From Malacoraja senta (Eukaryota): 64,000 nucleotides of DNA. Below the pieces are notes generated by a model that saw only the letters and a list, made by a program, of their open reading frames with translations, was not told the origin of the DNA and did no database searches. The DNA lies in assembly GCA_038087875.1 (NCBI GenBank), contig CM075991.1, positions 6,324,001 to 6,388,000 on the forward strand, read 5' to 3'. The position numbers and the translations under genes are program-made. Each line of letters opens with the position of its first letter. Position 1 is the stretch's first letter. Shown here piece after piece: positions 63,341 through 64,000 of this stretch.

Positions 63341-64000
63341 GGAACAGATTATGTAATGATACAAACTCACCATAGACTCGTAAATAGAAGAGATGTTCCA
63401 TACCAGGTACAGGATGAGGTCTTCCATACCAGGTCATCGGAGATGTCCTCATTCTTTACATCCAGGATTATTACAAGGATCACAAGGAAATTTATGAGCC
63501 AAGTATATAAGAAGAACATACAAATAATTTGATTTGCCATTTTCAGTCATACCAAGAAAAAGCCGCAAGACAATAGACAACAGACAACAGACAACAGACA
63601 CACAACTACATCAAATTTAACATAAACATCCACCACAGCGCACTGTGATGGAAGGCCACGTGGATTTTCTCCGGGTGCTCCGTTTTCCTCCACCCTTCTA
63701 AAGACTTGCAGGTTTATAGGTTAACTGGCTTCTGTAAATTGTTCAGAGTGTGTCGGATAGAACTAGTACAGATGTTCGCTGGTCGGCGTGGACTTGGTGC
63801 GTTGAAGGGACTGTTTCCAACTTATATCTCCAAAACTGAACTAAACTCAGTGTTCTGACATAGGAAACACAATAGCCAAGTTTGACACAACAAGATCCCA
63901 CAAACTGCAATATCCATATAGACTTGTTGCTTTGGCTGTGGAGAGGATCCTTGCCCTTGCATTGAGTTCTTGTACTTTGGAGCTTCATTATCAGTTTTCT

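Noticed and set aside
63365..63460. Possible minus-strand exon with GTGAG donor and a 13-bp direct repeat (TTCCATACCAGGT)
   Set aside because: No recognisable peptide in any frame; embedded among TE fragments.
50133..64000. Second gene (e.g. BMP10, expected from mammalian synteny)
   Set aside because: No TGF-beta-family or other recognisable coding exon found in the ORF track or by reading.

Overview
Vertebrate genomic DNA. The repeat content (HE1-like tRNA SINEs, CR1 3' ends, Penelope fragments) suggests a cartilaginous fish, probably a skate or ray; this is inference. The window holds one protein-coding gene on the + strand: an ARHGAP25 orthologue (PH + RhoGAP + C-terminal coiled coil) with 11 coding exons from ATG 696 to TAA 50132. 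Splice phases are consistent except in exon 5, which is 1 nt short (frameshift at 33372-33373, most likely an assembly homopolymer error). Intron 8 has a GC donor. Introns and the 3' flank are dense with mobile DNA: Penelope-like GIY-YIG fragments and many short derivatives carrying a minimal hammerhead-like motif, often as inverted pairs; HE1-like SINEs; CR1, L2, Rex-Babar and L1/Tx1 LINE fragments; and several Harbinger-like MITE families sharing one TIR. Notable oddities: two different L2 elements inserted at the same nucleotide of two copies of one host element, a local inverted duplication, a degenerate 35-bp array, a minisatellite born inside a Penelope UTR, and an identical 37-nt trailer after two CR1 copies. 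Repeat boundaries were read by eye and are approximate unless a TSD is quoted.
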